From Ginglymostoma cirratum (taxonomy: Eukaryota): a DNA stretch of 64,000 nt. Position 1 is the stretch's first letter, and the number at the start of each line of letters is the position of its first letter. The position numbers were made by a program, and so were the translations under genes. The notes beneath the pieces are model-generated. The model saw only the letters and a program-made list of their open reading frames with translations, did not search any database and was not told where the DNA came from. Below are positions 51,656 through 61,703 of this stretch, piece after piece. The DNA is taken from the NCBI GenBank assembly GCA_024137785.1, contig JAHRHZ010000085.1:1709651-1773650 (forward strand). The letters run 5' to 3'.

Positions 51656-53064
51656 TACAGCAAAGTAAACAGCAATGTATTACCGCAATGTAATATTATT
51701 TTAAATTGGTTGACAGTGCATTTCCCGTACAAAGACCAGAATTGTCCCGTTTGATTGGGCCCCACAGCTTTTTCATGTAACCTTCCGCTATTTTAATATT
51801 ACCTCCGTCTTGAAACGCCTTCTCAGTTAGCTTCAACCTCAGCAGCGGTCCCCTCTAACAGTCGGGCAACCCACCTGTTTATCCTGCTCATCCTCACATT
51901 ATACCATCCACATTGCTGTTTCGCCCGTTGCCAATGCTTAGCAAATGTGGAGGCGACCTGCAAATTGGCCTCTTCCCAGAAGATGCCTCCTGTTGGACAG
52001 TCGAGCAGGGAATGATTTGTGTAGCTTAGGAGGACATCAACCAATGTTTGCCTCAGACACAGTTTCAATGACACTGTACTCTATATGACATGAGTAATTA
52101 TATGACATGTTAAGTCTCACAATCTACCTTCTGTCTACATCAGACCACCAGAACTCGTTTCCCGTCTCTTAACTCGCACTAAGTCTCACTTCGCCGTCCC
52201 CTCTATGACTGCTTGCACCTACTCAAAGTTAAACAATACCGTGATTCCCCTAATTTGCAAATCCCTTCAATAACTCATCCTCAATTCTCCTTGTAAATCA
52301 CTCCATACCTGTGCAGGTCTGATATCCATGCCCCTTCATTCTGTCCACCTGGTCTTACCAAAACTTATTCCATCACAATCGACAGTTCAGCCTTCAGCTC
52401 CCGAGCCTCTGAGCTCTGGGTTTCTTCCTAAAATCTAAGGCAATGCGTACTTTCCCGCTTCCAGACACTCATTTAACCATATCACTTTAATCAAATTCCT
52501 TTGACACCATTTCCAAATATGTGTGCCTGTGGTATATCTTTATTTGATACAACGCCTGTGAGGGGCTTTGGGATGTTTAACCACGTTAACAATCATATTT
52601 CCCAACAAATTGTTCCCGTTTAGTGTGTTCTGAGTTTTTATTTCATCTTTATCTAACTTATCATTTTCTGATTTTCAGGACTAATGTGCATTTTTGTTAG
52701 AAAAAAAGCCATCTCAGAAAATATTGTGATTCTTTGAAGTGACTTTGTGGAGAAAACATCATGGCCTATTGGGGCACTTTTCATAATAGAGGGCTTGGCT
52801 ATTGCACTAAAATACTAGGAGTTGACTCTGCACTTGCGTGACACCTATTAATGGACTAGCATCAAGGAAAGTTCATTTTGCATCCAGCTAGTATTACTAT
52901 TCCTTGAAGGAAGCTTTAAGAATGATTGTATTTTGGGAGCTTCTCTCTGTATCTTGGTTATCGTTTAACAAATCCTGGAAATATTTTATCAGTTTAAAAT
53001 TGAAATTTAGCAAGCCCATAGGGTCCCTGCTCTGGCAATGTTTGATCGGATGATGCCAGGGGAT

Positions 53065-53390
53065 TGCGCTCGGTCACAGCGCCAGGGGCCCAGGTTCAGT
53101 TCCAGCCTTGGGGGACTGGTTGTGTGGAGTTTGCACATTCTACCCGTGTCAGCGTGGGTTTTCTCAGGATGTTCTGATTTCCTCCAATAATCCAAAAATT
53201 CACAGATTGGGTGTTTTTCCCATGCTAATTTGCCCCTTATTATCCAGGGATGTGCAATTTAGGTGGATTCGCTATGGTGAAGATGTCGATATTGTGGGGT
53301 CTCGGTCTTGGTGGGAACTCATCCGAGCGTCGGTGTTGACTAGATGGGCCGAATGACTTCTTTCCTTGTTGTGGGGGTTCCATGATTCTG
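53065..53390 (+). mobile_element. HE1-type V-SINE, 5'-damaged
   Basis: tcacagcgccaggggcccaggttc...tgtgtggagtttgcacattc V-domain. Confidence 0.8.
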
Positions 53391-53424
53391 TGACATTATC
53401 CAATATGGAATATCTAGAAATATT

Positions 53425-53900
53425 TAAAGTCGAGTTTGTAAACATGCTTCCCGAGCTGGTAGGTTTGGTTGCAAATGTTTGGTCACCCTGCTGGTAACAT
53501 CGTCAGTGCACCTCCAGTGAAACGTTGGTGTTTTGTCGCACTTGTTACTTATATGCCTCGGTTTGCTGGGGTGGTTGGTATTACTGCCTGTCCTGTTTTT
53601 CTGTGGTCTGTACACAGGCTCTAACTCAATGTGTTTGTTGATGGAGTTCCAGTTGGAAGACCAGGCCTCCAGGGATTCCCTGGCTTATCTCTGTTTGGCT
53701 TGTGAGATTATGGATGTGTTGTCAGAGTCTAATTCGTGTCCCTAGTTGTCTCTGTGCAGTGAGACAAGTGAGAATTAGTCGTGTCTCTTGGTGGCTAGTT
53801 GGTGTTCATGTATCCGTATTGTCAATTTTCTTCCGGTTTGGCCTATGTAATGTTTCGGGCAGTCCTTGCATGGTATTTTGTTCATTATCCCAGATTTTCT
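53425..53900 (-). mobile_element. Penelope (Poseidon type) 3' fragment, same family as 1-1350
   Basis: Minus frame reads IPCKDCPKHYIGQTGRKLTIRIHEHQLATKRHD. Decayed hammerhead at 53470-53510 (ugca-CUGACGA-u-guuacc..ggugac-CAAA-CA-UU-ugca). Confidence 0.85.
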
Positions 53901-54050
53901 AGTTTTAGGTATGGGATCTTTTACTACTGATGAGTAATAAAGCCTGTGTGAACGTAATATTGTTGAGATAACACGGTGGTGGGAATGTGCGCTCTACTGA
54001 CTCCCCCCTTTACATGCTATGCATGTATTAAAATGGAATTTTTAGCTGAC

Positions 54051-54165
54051 CCCCTTGCCTTTTCAGATACAGAGATGGCAACAATGCAGGTGGTGAAGGC
54101 TAGAGATATTAATACTGTTCCTGCATGTCCAGATATTTGTCGGTAAATGGGTATTTGCCTCTTCC
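54051..54165 (-). CDS. Probable connecting-peptide/transmembrane exon of the Ig-superfamily receptor gene
   Basis: ttttacag|GG, phase 1 in, matching the C1 exon. Reads GKRQIPIYRQISGHAGTVLISLAFTTCIVAISVSEKARG with a hydrophobic stretch. Donor gtcagc. Confidence 0.55.
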
Positions 54166-54562
54166 CTGTAAAAATCAGATGATGGTGGAACTAGTAATCA
54201 TAATATTACTATTGTGAACAAGATCAGTAATCAATACTCCTCTTTTCATGGGATCCTCACACATCTGAGCCAAGTACTTAGATTTGGCATAATGCAGTTT
54301 TTTTTAATTGAATCTTACTTTACATTCAGAATCTTACTTTACATTGCTTTCAGAGCTATTCTGTATTGCACTAGTAAAATAAACAGTATTTTCCTTTGAA
54401 TGGTGGACATGAACTTTGCAGTGAAGAAAATTATGGCGCAATTTCTCATCGAGTTACTCAGTCCTGGGTGATATTTCACCAACAATAAGAGGGTTAACGG
54501 GGTAATTGTTTGCAACTGACTACTTAAGAAAAGGGAAACACTTTCATTAAACGAGTTATTCA

Positions 54563-54596
54563 TTTCTGATGAAGGGTCTAGGCCCGAAACGTCAAG
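54563..54596 (+). ncRNA. Minimal hammerhead motif in an isolated 100-bp Penelope terminal fragment (54560-54660) within the Ig-gene intron
   Basis: Identical to 45526-45559: tttctgatgaagggtctaggcccgaaacgtcaag. Confidence 0.72.
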
Positions 54597-54937
54597 CTTT
54601 CCTGCTCCTATGATGCTGCTTGGCCTGCTGTGTTCATCCAGCTCCACACCTTGTCATCTAGAAAAAAACATTCAATACATTAACAAATTCTTTGTTGAAT
54701 AAAGAATAATTGCATCTGTTGGAAGTAGGTCTTATGGATTGTATTTACTGATAGGTTAAGCTCTGTTCCTGAGGTACGAAACATTTTTGTTCTATTTGTC
54801 TCTTTCTATAAGTTAATCAATAATCTTTAAATTTACTTTTCGTGAAATCTATTGTATATCCGAAACAAACAAAAACTTTGAAAGATATCAAAGGCTCCAT
54901 GCTAATAAGAAGCCGATAGTGACGGGTTGAAGGTTAC

Positions 54938-55237
54938 CTGAATAAGGACTGGAGGCAGCGTAGACAGAGATAGCTGGACTCTGCAGTGTGGGGTGAGACA
55001 CCACGCAGGTATACACGGCCCCGCTCTCAGCTGGCTGCAGAGTCACCAAACTGCTGGCCGCTGCATACATCCCGTCCGGAGTCAGCTGCTGAGCTCTGCT
55101 GATCCCAGTCACATCGTTTTTACACCAAGTGAAGGCGAGAGATCCCGGATAGAACTTTGCCGATTCACATACCAGTGTTACAATAGAGACGTTTATTGCG
55201 GACACTTTAGTGATCAGTCTCAAGGGTTCTGGGGAAG
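54938..55237 (-). CDS. Immunoglobulin C1-set domain exon (SIRP/tapasin/B7-H6-like receptor; gene probably pseudogenised upstream)
   Basis: ttcacag|CT...TCA G|gtaacc, 300 nt, phase 1-1, open. C1 motifs TLVCESAKFYP, FTW, DGMYAAASSL, YTCVVSHPTL. Confidence 0.85.
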
Positions 55238-56647
55238 CTGTGAACCAGGACAAAGCGAACACTGGTGCTTTAAATTGTGGCCTCGTTTGACATCCAGTAT
55301 TGTAGAATATAAAAAAGGTACTTTAGTGGTCGGGGCAAAAAACAATTGCCGTGTTCTCTGCCTCTTGTTCTTTCTTTTTAAAATGTCACGATGAATCTAA
55401 TGCACATGTCAGTTGCATAATAATTTGTAATAAGATTCCTCTGTCATTTTCTCGATTAATCTATGGAATGTTGATGCAGCAGGAACTGAATCAGCGCAAG
55501 TCGTGTTGTTTGTCACAGCAAAGGGATACGTTGTCAGGCCTGACCATGGATATTCTATATTTTATTGTAATTACAGAGGCAATATGTAATGAAACTAATC
55601 ACGTTAATATATGCAAATCTGCAGCAAAGCGGGAAATTCTGTTCTACAGAGAAACGACACTGCTTCTGCGACACTTAGTGTGGAAAAGGAATACAATGGG
55701 CAACATTTGAAAAGGGACAGGTAGCAAACTAATGCAAATTTAATTCGAAGAAATTGGCAGGAAGTGAAGATCAACCGTGAAGTGGAACGAGGAAAGTGGC
55801 AAATAGCCTACACTTCGAGTCACTTGACCCAAACGCTTACTTCTGATTTCTCTCCACAGATGCTGCCAAACCTGCTGAGCTTTACCAGCAAGGTCTTTTT
55901 TTTTGTTTCTGATTTACAGCATCCGCAGTTTTTTCGTTTTTTATTGGCTAATAACCTATCCCAGTGCATTTGTTTTTTCATGTCGAAGACTAACAGAATT
56001 ATTTTTGACCCCTGTTGCTGGGGGAAACGGCAATTTCCACAGGTGGATTTGTCAGTCCGGAAATAAAATTGCAGACTATCACAAGCAGTTTCCTAAGACG
56101 ATCAAAAGGGCTTATTGGTCAGAATTGTAAGCTCGCCCAGAATGTATTCAAATTTCATGCTCTTGTGAACCTTTAACTGTATATAAGCTTTTCAAGGATG
56201 AGAGGAGTTGCAGTATTTAGTTGTACTATTTTTAACGTTATTACTCAGCCTTCTAATGAATTCCAATGGATAGGATACGGGAGGAGTCTCGCGGGCATCA
56301 ATTTGTGTAAAAGTTACCACAATGTGGTAGAATTTCAAGCGTATGGTACTTACCGTATACAAAACAGAATTTTAAAGTGCAGGTACTTGTAAAAGCACAT
56401 TTATTCTCTGTACAAGAAGCTAGGCAAAGTCTTTCTCACTACCTCATAAAGCTCCTTTTGCCGTATCGGCCCTCTGTGTGGCATGCTAGAGCACTGTGCA
56501 ATATAGGTGAGTGGAGAATAATTATTATAATTGTGATATGGTTTTCGGGCTGAATTTAATCAATATTCTCCAGTCCTCTTCTATAACTAAACATTGGGAA
56601 TCAATTCACTAAATGACAGAGGCCTCCACCCCTCAGAGGCGACATAT

Positions 56648-56958
56648 CATGCACGACAAGCTGCGATCCGTATCCATTTAGAATCGTGCTCCCTGAGAAT
56701 CGCACTCCACAATAATAGGATCCAGAATTGGTGATGCGGACGCTCCGGATCTGGAAGGAAGCTACTCTGTCTTCAAAGCGAAAGAATCATTTACGGCCGC
56801 TAGAATCGGTTGTAATAACGTGTCGTCGCCAAATTTCCACCAATAAACATCCAACGCCGCATGAATCGGGACAGAGCTCACTGTACAATTGAAGCGAATG
56901 TCTGCACCCGCCATCAGAATTGTTCTTTCAGGAGATTGCAAGACCGGAACGGAAGCAA
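56648..56958 (-). pseudogene. Germline-joined VJ-type Ig exon, disrupted
   Basis: VASVPVLQSPE..RFNCTV..DVYWWK..(-1 frameshift, TGA)..ASFQIRSVRITNSGSYYCGV..LNGYGSQLVVH. 311 nt (one short of 312). Donor reads G|atatgt instead of G|gtatgt. Confidence 0.88.
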
Positions 56959-57137
56959 CTATAAAATAACTGAGTGATAGCATTAAAATGAAATATACTT
57001 AGACATAGATAGATAGATAGATACAAAGCAGATCGACAGAGTGAAAGGCAGAGGGACGGGAATGTGACAAGGTCTTTTTAGAAAATTGATTGGAGAAAAA
57101 AGGTGTAAAAGAGGGTTGCCGAATATTTCGGTAATAC

Positions 57138-57183
57138 CTTTGTAAATCACCCCCAGAACACATAGGCCCTGCCACGGAACCAT
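57138..57183 (-). CDS. Leader (signal peptide) exon of Ig-superfamily unit 2
   Basis: MVPWQGLCVLGVIYK G|gtatta. 46 nt, phase 1, 179-nt intron to the V exon. Confidence 0.65.
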
Positions 57184-58419
57184 TGTTGAATCGTTACTGA
57201 TCTGCTAACCGTCTGTTGGTTTTGAAATATTTTGTCGTTAATGCGGTCTGTTTTACGAGGCGCTCACCTATTGCATCCGGTTTCTACAGCTGCTTCCTGC
57301 AGAGTTACTGTAGGTTGAAGTTTACCGAACCGCCGTTGGCCCTCTGTGCCTTTCTCATCCCGATGGCATAACAATGAAGAAGTAAGCATTGATGGAACAC
57401 ATCAATATTCTACAGAAACGACAGGCAGGAAAACGTGGAAATGGATGATGGGGTGCGGGAATCAGGTGGCAATAACTTGAAGTCAAAAAACTTGAGCAAT
57501 AAAATATTTAGAGTGGAATCTTATTCCCATGAAATTGTCTCTAAGGAGTCAATGTTTCCTCTCAGTGTGTATTGCACTAGTTCACAGAAAGGATACCAGG
57601 AAACTGTAGGGGATTAAGTAAAGGGGATTAGCAGAAGATACACATCAGCGTTGCGTCGGATATCTTCACAGCAAGATTTGAAGTCCTCCCTCCAAAACTC
57701 CCTAATCAGGCACCATTTGTGTTTCGTTTCGTGCTTCACCTGATATGCTCAGATCTCCCACGATAAAGCATTGGATCTATCACTGAGTCATATTAGCCGA
57801 ACAACTTCTAACTTCAAACCATTCATTTCCATCAAATGCAAAACGTTACTAGGCCAACCTCTTCATGGGATTAGTGCGAAAAGTATTGATTTTGGTTACA
57901 CATTTTGGTTACACATTTTACACATTCGGACAATTCACCTTTATTGGACACTTTTGCGGTTGTAACAGTGCTAAATATTGTCCGAGTTTCAACTCAAGAA
58001 TATCGTCAAATTGCTTTTAATTTCCTTCTCTCGATCGCCTGCACCTGATTTTTCACCTACTTCTCCCTCCATACCCTCCACCCTTCTCCAACGTAACTTT
58101 CCCATCTCCAACAAAGGCAAAATCGTGCGGATGGAGGAAATCTGAAACAAACATAGAGAATGTTGGAGAAGCTCAGCAGGACGGGCAGAGAAAGAGAAAA
58201 AGACGTGAACCTTCGAGTTCGGTTTGACTCTTCTTCAGAGCTGAGTGAATCGTCCTTCACTCCTTATTTTCTGGAAGGACTGCCCCCAACCTCCCAAAGT
58301 CTACATCTCTGCTGCTGTGACTCTGAACTTTCAACGCCAGTATTTTATAAGATGACTTCGTCTATCGTAGGCAAAGTTCAACCTTCTCTCATTGCATATG
58401 ACGACATGCATACTCATAA

Positions 58420-60360
58420 CACCGTAAGACGGAGAAGCAGAAGTAGGCCATTCAGCCCATCAAGTTTGTACCGCAATTCAATGAAATCATGACTGATCTG
58501 ATAATCATTAACTCCACTCCCCATAACCCTTGATTCCCTGACTGATTAAAAACCTATCTCAACCGTGAAATTCCAAATGACCTGACTCTACAGCTCTCTC
58601 TGATAAAGAATTCCAAAGATTTACTGCCCTCTTAGACATCATCTCTGTTCTATTTCGGCGACTTCTTTGAGATTGTGTTCTCTGATCCTAGACTGTCCTA
58701 CAAAGAAAGACAATCTCGTTGTATCTACCCTGTCAAGCCCCCTAAGCATGTTTCAATATGGTCGCCTTTCACTCTTCCAAACTATAACGAGTAGAAGTCT
58801 AAACTATTCAACCTCACGTCACAACGCAATCCCTCCATACTCTGGATGATTCCAGTAAACCTTGTTCAGGTTGTTTTGCTTGTTAATATATCTTTCCTTA
58901 GATAAAAGAACCAACACTGTTCCCAGTCTTCCTGGCACAGTCCAACTGGTACGTTGCATAGTTTAGGCAACATTTCCCTACATTTATACTCCATTATTTT
59001 TGAAATAAAAGGCGACTTTCCATTTACCTTCCCCGTTACCCAATAGAAATTGGATTCTAGCATCATGTGATAGATGCACAGATCTCATAAACTCTCTGTG
59101 CTGCAGTTTTCTGCAGTCAAACATGACTTCCTTCATCCAAGTCATTAATATATATTATAAATAATTATTGCTGCAGGACTGATCCATTTTGCGCTCCACT
59201 TTTTACAGGTTGCCATCCTGGAAATGGTTCCCTCCCTTTCTCCCAACAATGTATCTTTGAATCATTAGCCTACCCTTGGCCCATGGTAAGATATTGATCC
59301 CACCACAATGAGTACATATTAAGTATGCGAACGGTTGTCTTTTCGAATATCTTCGGGAAATCCAACTACACTATATCCCCTGATTCCTCTTTCTCGATAT
59401 ATGTCGTTCTTGTTACCTCTACAAATAATTCTGATAAACTTAACACAATAAATCCCTCGTCCATGACGTCATATTGACTCTGATCTCTTTGAGTCTGGAA
59501 ATGCTCTGCTATTACATCCTTCACAATAGATTAATTTTCCCAATAACAAATATTAAGCTATCTGGCCTTTGTTAATTTTCCTCTTCCACTTTTTGAATAA
59601 AAGCATTACATTGATGGATTTCCAATACTTTGGCACTTTTCCACAATTGAAAAATTCTTAGGAGCTGAACCTAGTTATAGCAACTCTCTGTAGTTACTTT
59701 CTTTTTTCTCCTAGGATGCATCCCATCAACTCCAGGGAACCTATTGGCCTTTAGCTAAGTTAGTTTCTCTAGAACATTTTCTCTAGTGATAATTACTGTA
59801 TTTATTTCCTCCAACGACCCATCTTTCTTTTGCTTCTTGGTATTTTGATATTTCTGGAAAGCTAAATGAGACTTCTACCATGGTGACTGAGTTGTCCAAC
59901 ACATCTGCCATTTCTTTTTCCCCATTGTTATTTCCCCAGACTTGCTTTCTAAGGCGCCTATTTTAACTTTGGGAGCTCCCTTGCTTTTTATATATTTAAA
60001 GAAGCTTTTGCTGTTTCTCTTAATATTGCTTCAAGTTTCCCCTCATATGCTATTTTCTCCCTTTTGTTTTATTCGATCAGCTCTTGATGACATTTAAAAT
60101 TTGCTGAATACTTTGGTTACCACTAATCTTTGCCACATATTTTTATTTCAATTGTATGCAATCTTTCATTTCTTTGGTTGACTTACTCCTTCCTAGCATC
60201 CTTCTTTTCACTGGAATGTATATCTGTATGAGACATGAACAATGTTCATTCTGCCATTATTCTTCAACTATCTTTGCGACTAAACTCTTTTCCCATTCCA
60301 CTTAGTCAAATCTGCCCACATTCATTTCTAATTAACCTTATTTAACTTTAGTGCCTAATA
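58420..60360 (-). mobile_element. Decayed CR1 LINE
   Basis: CR1 3' end (agaagtaggccattcagcccatc) and RT remnants (MEYKCREMLPKL..., QCWFFYLRKDILT). Confidence 0.7.
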
Positions 60361-60709
60361 GCACCGTGATATGGAATAAGATCTGATTATTAATTATGAA
60401 AACTCCCTTTTTGCACCTAGCACCTCTTTCAGGAACACTGCAATTTTAACTCCAGTGGCAGGTTGCATACTGTGGGTTTTGGAACAAAAACTACTAAAAG
60501 TTAACTCCCGGCTTCATCAATATTTGTGAAATGTTGCCAATCATATCAGTAGTAATGTAGGGAATTCGGAAGTGTGATTTCAATTGATAAATATTACACG
60601 TTGGCATTCCACTCCAAAATATGAATCCTTTAAACCATGAACAAGAAATATTTCAAAATGAGAAACATTCTAGTCAAGGACATCTCATTCGTCTTTTCCG
60701 TATACTTAC

Positions 60710-61030
60710 CTCAAACTGCTAGATTGGAACCCGTTCCGTTTCCAACGATTTTGCTTTGATAGGTGACAATGCAATGATGCATTCCTGCGTCTTCTGGCCT
60801 CACATTGATTATCCGAAGAAAGCCAACGAGTTTCGTTCTGAAACCAGTGATTTTTCTGTCATCTTGATCCGTGCTCAAATATTGATCATCTCCCTGTTTC
60901 CATCTGTGGACATCAGCACGTGGGCCAGTTTGAAAGAAAGGCAGCGAACGGTGAAAGGAAACGTTTGTTCCTGTCTTTGTAGTCACGCTGTCAGGGAGCT
61001 GAGTGGCTTTGAATAAGGATTCACTGGAAC
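60710..61030 (-). pseudogene. Germline-joined VJ-type Ig exon (NKp30/SIRP-like) lacking the B-strand Cys, with a stop just before the donor
   Basis: ccaatag|GT, 321 nt, phase 1-1: SSESLFKATQLPDSVTTKTGTNVSFH(R)SLP..DVHRWKQ..LRIINVRPEDAGMHHCIV..VGNGTGSNLAV* G|gtaagt. Confidence 0.82.
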
Positions 61031-61191
61031 CTATTGGAAAAGATAATGATATCCAGTATCACTGCAGGGAAAAGCGCCAGGTTGAGATTGTCAAGCAATA
61101 AGTACAATGGACAATGAAGCATGATGTATCAAATTAAAGTTAAACAGTTAGGTGGTTCAATGACAAACCACTGTATGGTAGGACGAGGTAC

Positions 61192-61246
61192 CTGTGTAAA
61201 TGATTCGTAGAAGAAAGAGACACCGGATTACAAGATTCGTCAACAT
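61192..61246 (-). CDS. Leader exon of Ig-superfamily unit 1
   Basis: MLTNLVIRCLFLLRIIYT G|gtacct. 55 nt, phase 1, 161-nt intron. Ends like the other leader (IYTG vs IYKG). Confidence 0.65.
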
Positions 61247-61426
61247 TTTGAACCAATTAATCAGTCGGAGAGACCGGACACGAACTGAGAGATTACTGGT
61301 GAGAATACGGTGGTCCCCGAGAATAGAAAATATCATAATGATGGTGTAACATCCTGTCTTTGAGTCCAAGCCAATGCCTGTCGTCCCTTTGTTGAGATCA
61401 GCTGATATAGTTGGCTGGATGGCCAT

Positions 61427-61703
61427 GGGCGGCACGGTGGCTCAGTGGTTAGCACTGCTGCCTCACAGCACCAGGGACCCGGGTTCGATTGCAGCCTCGG
61501 GCGTCTGTCTGTATGGAGTTTGCGCATTATCCCCGTATCTGCGTGGGTTTCCTCCCACTGTCTAAAGATGCGCAGATTAGGTGGATTGGCCATGCTAGAT
61601 TGCCCGTAGTGTTCAGGGAGGTGTTGGGTGGGATGCTCTGAGGTTCGGTGTGCACTTGTTGGGACGAAGGGCCTGTTCCCACACTGTAGGGATTCTAATT
61701 CTA
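61427..61703 (+). mobile_element. HE1-type V-SINE
   Basis: gggcggcacggtggctcagtggttagcactgctgcctcacagcaccagggacccgggttcgatt head; tail acactgtagggattctaattcta. Confidence 0.92.

Noticed and set aside
56354-56419. Possible phase 1-1 mini-exon (ASCTENKCAFTSTCTLKFCFVYG) with a GTAAGT donor between V2 and C1
   Set aside because: Weak acceptor, no recognisable domain, and V normally joins C1 directly. Not supportable without transcripts.
56471-56498. RSS-like CACAGTG + 12-bp spacer + ACACAGAGG on the minus strand, downstream of V2
   Set aside because: Nonamer matches only 5/9, it lies 150 bp from the exon end, and the V already contains its J-like strand.
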